From Balanoglossus misakiensis (lineage: Eukaryota; Animalia; Hemichordata), in assembly GCA_040954595.2 (NCBI GenBank), contig CM082578.2, positions 401,740-465,739 on the forward strand: a stretch of DNA of 64,000 nt, in the 5' to 3' direction. Below are positions 62,201-64,000 of this stretch, piece by piece. How positions within the stretch are numbered: position 1 is the stretch's first letter; every line of letters starts with the position of its first letter. Made by a program: the position numbers and the translations under genes. The notes beneath the pieces were generated by a model. The model was not told the DNA's origin and ran no database searches. It saw only the letters and a list, made by a program, of their open reading frames with translations.

Positions 62201-64000
62201 GTCAATTACATTGCATATCGTTTGTCCCCATTGTTTAATTTCTGTCCATTTGGGTATGAGGAATTGCCACAGGTTGTTCACTGAGGTCAGTCATCAGGTG
62301 ATTCTGCATGATTCAGTATAGTTATTTAGACAAACAGGTCACAATGTGTAACATGAATAGAGTAAACTTATTTTCAAAAGTTAGAGCTGCTATCCTTTTA
62401 AACTTGATGTAAACTGGACTCGGGGTTTGTTCATGACAGATCAAATCCTTTCAAATGAACAAAAGGGTACTCTCACACCCCTGTTACAGTCAAAGGCTCT
62501 GGCAGTTGTCACTTCTTTGATTTTTAACTTTATGTTAGAAGGTCCATCAGACCAGACAAAAAAATCTCTGTGGTTTAACCTTGCATAAATATTAGTCCCA
62601 GACCTTAGACCAATGAATTTGCTCACCCCTGTGAACAGCTGATGTGTGTAGGAGCCCTTTTCTTACAATTGCAAAATGTTAATCATTCTTATCAGTGTAT
62701 AAATTTTAATGATAGAATTTAGTTTAATATCTCATGCAGTTCGTCAAGTATATGCTGATCATGTTTTTTGAAATCAGTAGAAATGTACGTTTCTTTCAAG
62801 TCAGATATTGTCACTTCATGATTTTGAACATGACATTGTTTATGCTACACTATGCATTGAATGTATATATATATTTGACATGTGTCGACCCTGCGCATAA
62901 CTGTCAATCTTATGCTCCATCGATGTTGAAGTGTATTGAATACATAGTTTTGATAGATACGTAAACATACCCCTTAAAACTGATTGAATGAGTTCTTTTG
63001 TGTTCTCTTGCAGGTTGACTTCCACTTCCTACCAGTTGGACACACACATGAAGATATTGATCAACTGTTCTCATGCATTAGTAAACTACTCCGGAAGACA
63101 AATGTGTATACTATGGCAGGTGAGACAGTTGTCATCAACTTTCGATTAAGATTGTATGATTATCACTTTTTGACTGATAAAATCAGCTACTTTATAGTTC
63201 ATATTCTAAATCTGCAAAAATATGCAATTAAGTAAACAAAAACGTGTAAAAATGGTCAAAAATAAAATCTCACTACTAGGCAAATTGGTGAACAGGTACC
63301 TAAGGTTGAGACTTCATATACTTTTCTTAATTTTGTATCTTGGCAATTTTCTTCACATATGGTAAAGAATCCACTCTGAATTGGCTGCCAAATTGCTTTG
63401 AAATTTGGATGACAGACATATTTGTCTATAATTGGTTAAAAAACTACAATCACAAAACAGGAAGTGTTGTGTTCTGAATATAACTCTGGTGTTCTCAGCA
63501 CAGAATGACAGACAAGTAATCATTTTAGTGTCATTAGAACTCTCATTCTAAGCGTGTAGAATCTGAGATACAGTAGGGCCAATATCTACACAATCATCAT
63601 TCAGGTCAGTGTTCAAAAGTAAAATAAAAGGTTAGATCTAGAGAATAGGAGATATGTAATAATGATATAGAGAATAGGAGATATGTTATAATGATATCAC
63701 GGGCTGTTTGGTGATATGAAGGAACTGGCTTATAGTTTGGATGCCTTCAAAGCATGGAAGACCACAGGAGAAAAAAATCCAATTAAAGTCATTCTGATAT
63801 GCCTGATGCACTTGTGTAAAGCATGTTATTGGAACTGCACAATTTTACTGTTGTCCTCAAGGTAATATAATGGTACAGCCTGATCTGAAACCAGGAATAT
63901 TATTACCTATTAAACACCCCTGTGATTTTTTTTGTCTGCAGATATGGAGCGGATTATCACTGGCTGTTATAATGTACCTGTCTTCGTGAAACATGTAATA
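59210..64000 (+). pseudogene. Intron-containing Sola-like (DDD, DUF7869-type) transposase gene with one premature TAA (59957-59959); runs off window end
   Basis: Phase-compatible exons ~59210-60112, 60548-60703, 61080-61201, 61527-61696, 61902-62140, 63014-63119, 63942->64000. Motifs CCDSKC, VHGN, GDWMP, HLP, KCSIC, QDGMDQAKT, QMDNCYRENKN, FLPVGHTHEDIDQLFS. Start of first exon uncertain. Confidence 0.8.
63639..63696 (+). repeat. 29-bp tandem duplication in an intron
   Basis: TAGAGAATAGGAGATATGT(A/T)ATAATGATA twice. Confidence 0.85.

Overview
Repeat-dense eukaryotic (animal, probably marine invertebrate) genomic DNA; the species cannot be determined from sequence alone. About 1-47340 is entirely repetitive. 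It holds a ~2.05-kb composite macrosatellite (81-bp subrepeat block plus AT-rich block) that flips orientation at ~20577, forming a large imperfect palindrome. Both arms carry the same 5'-truncated Tx1/L1-type LINE. The left copy is split at a TT by a 10.5-kb stack of nested Helentron-type non-autonomous elements (HINE/DINE-1-like). A 5'-deleted BEL/Pao LTR retrotransposon and a hairpin-ended ~960-bp element also sit in the satellite. About 47341-64000 is largely unique. It holds two divergently oriented multi-exon genes that I spliced by hand: a minus-strand gene for a ParB/Srx-like protein with a possible degenerate DNA-methyltransferase-like C-terminus, and a plus-strand Sola-like (DDD) transposase gene with one premature stop. 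Two MITEs also lie here. Protein family assignments rest on motif recognition, not database searches.
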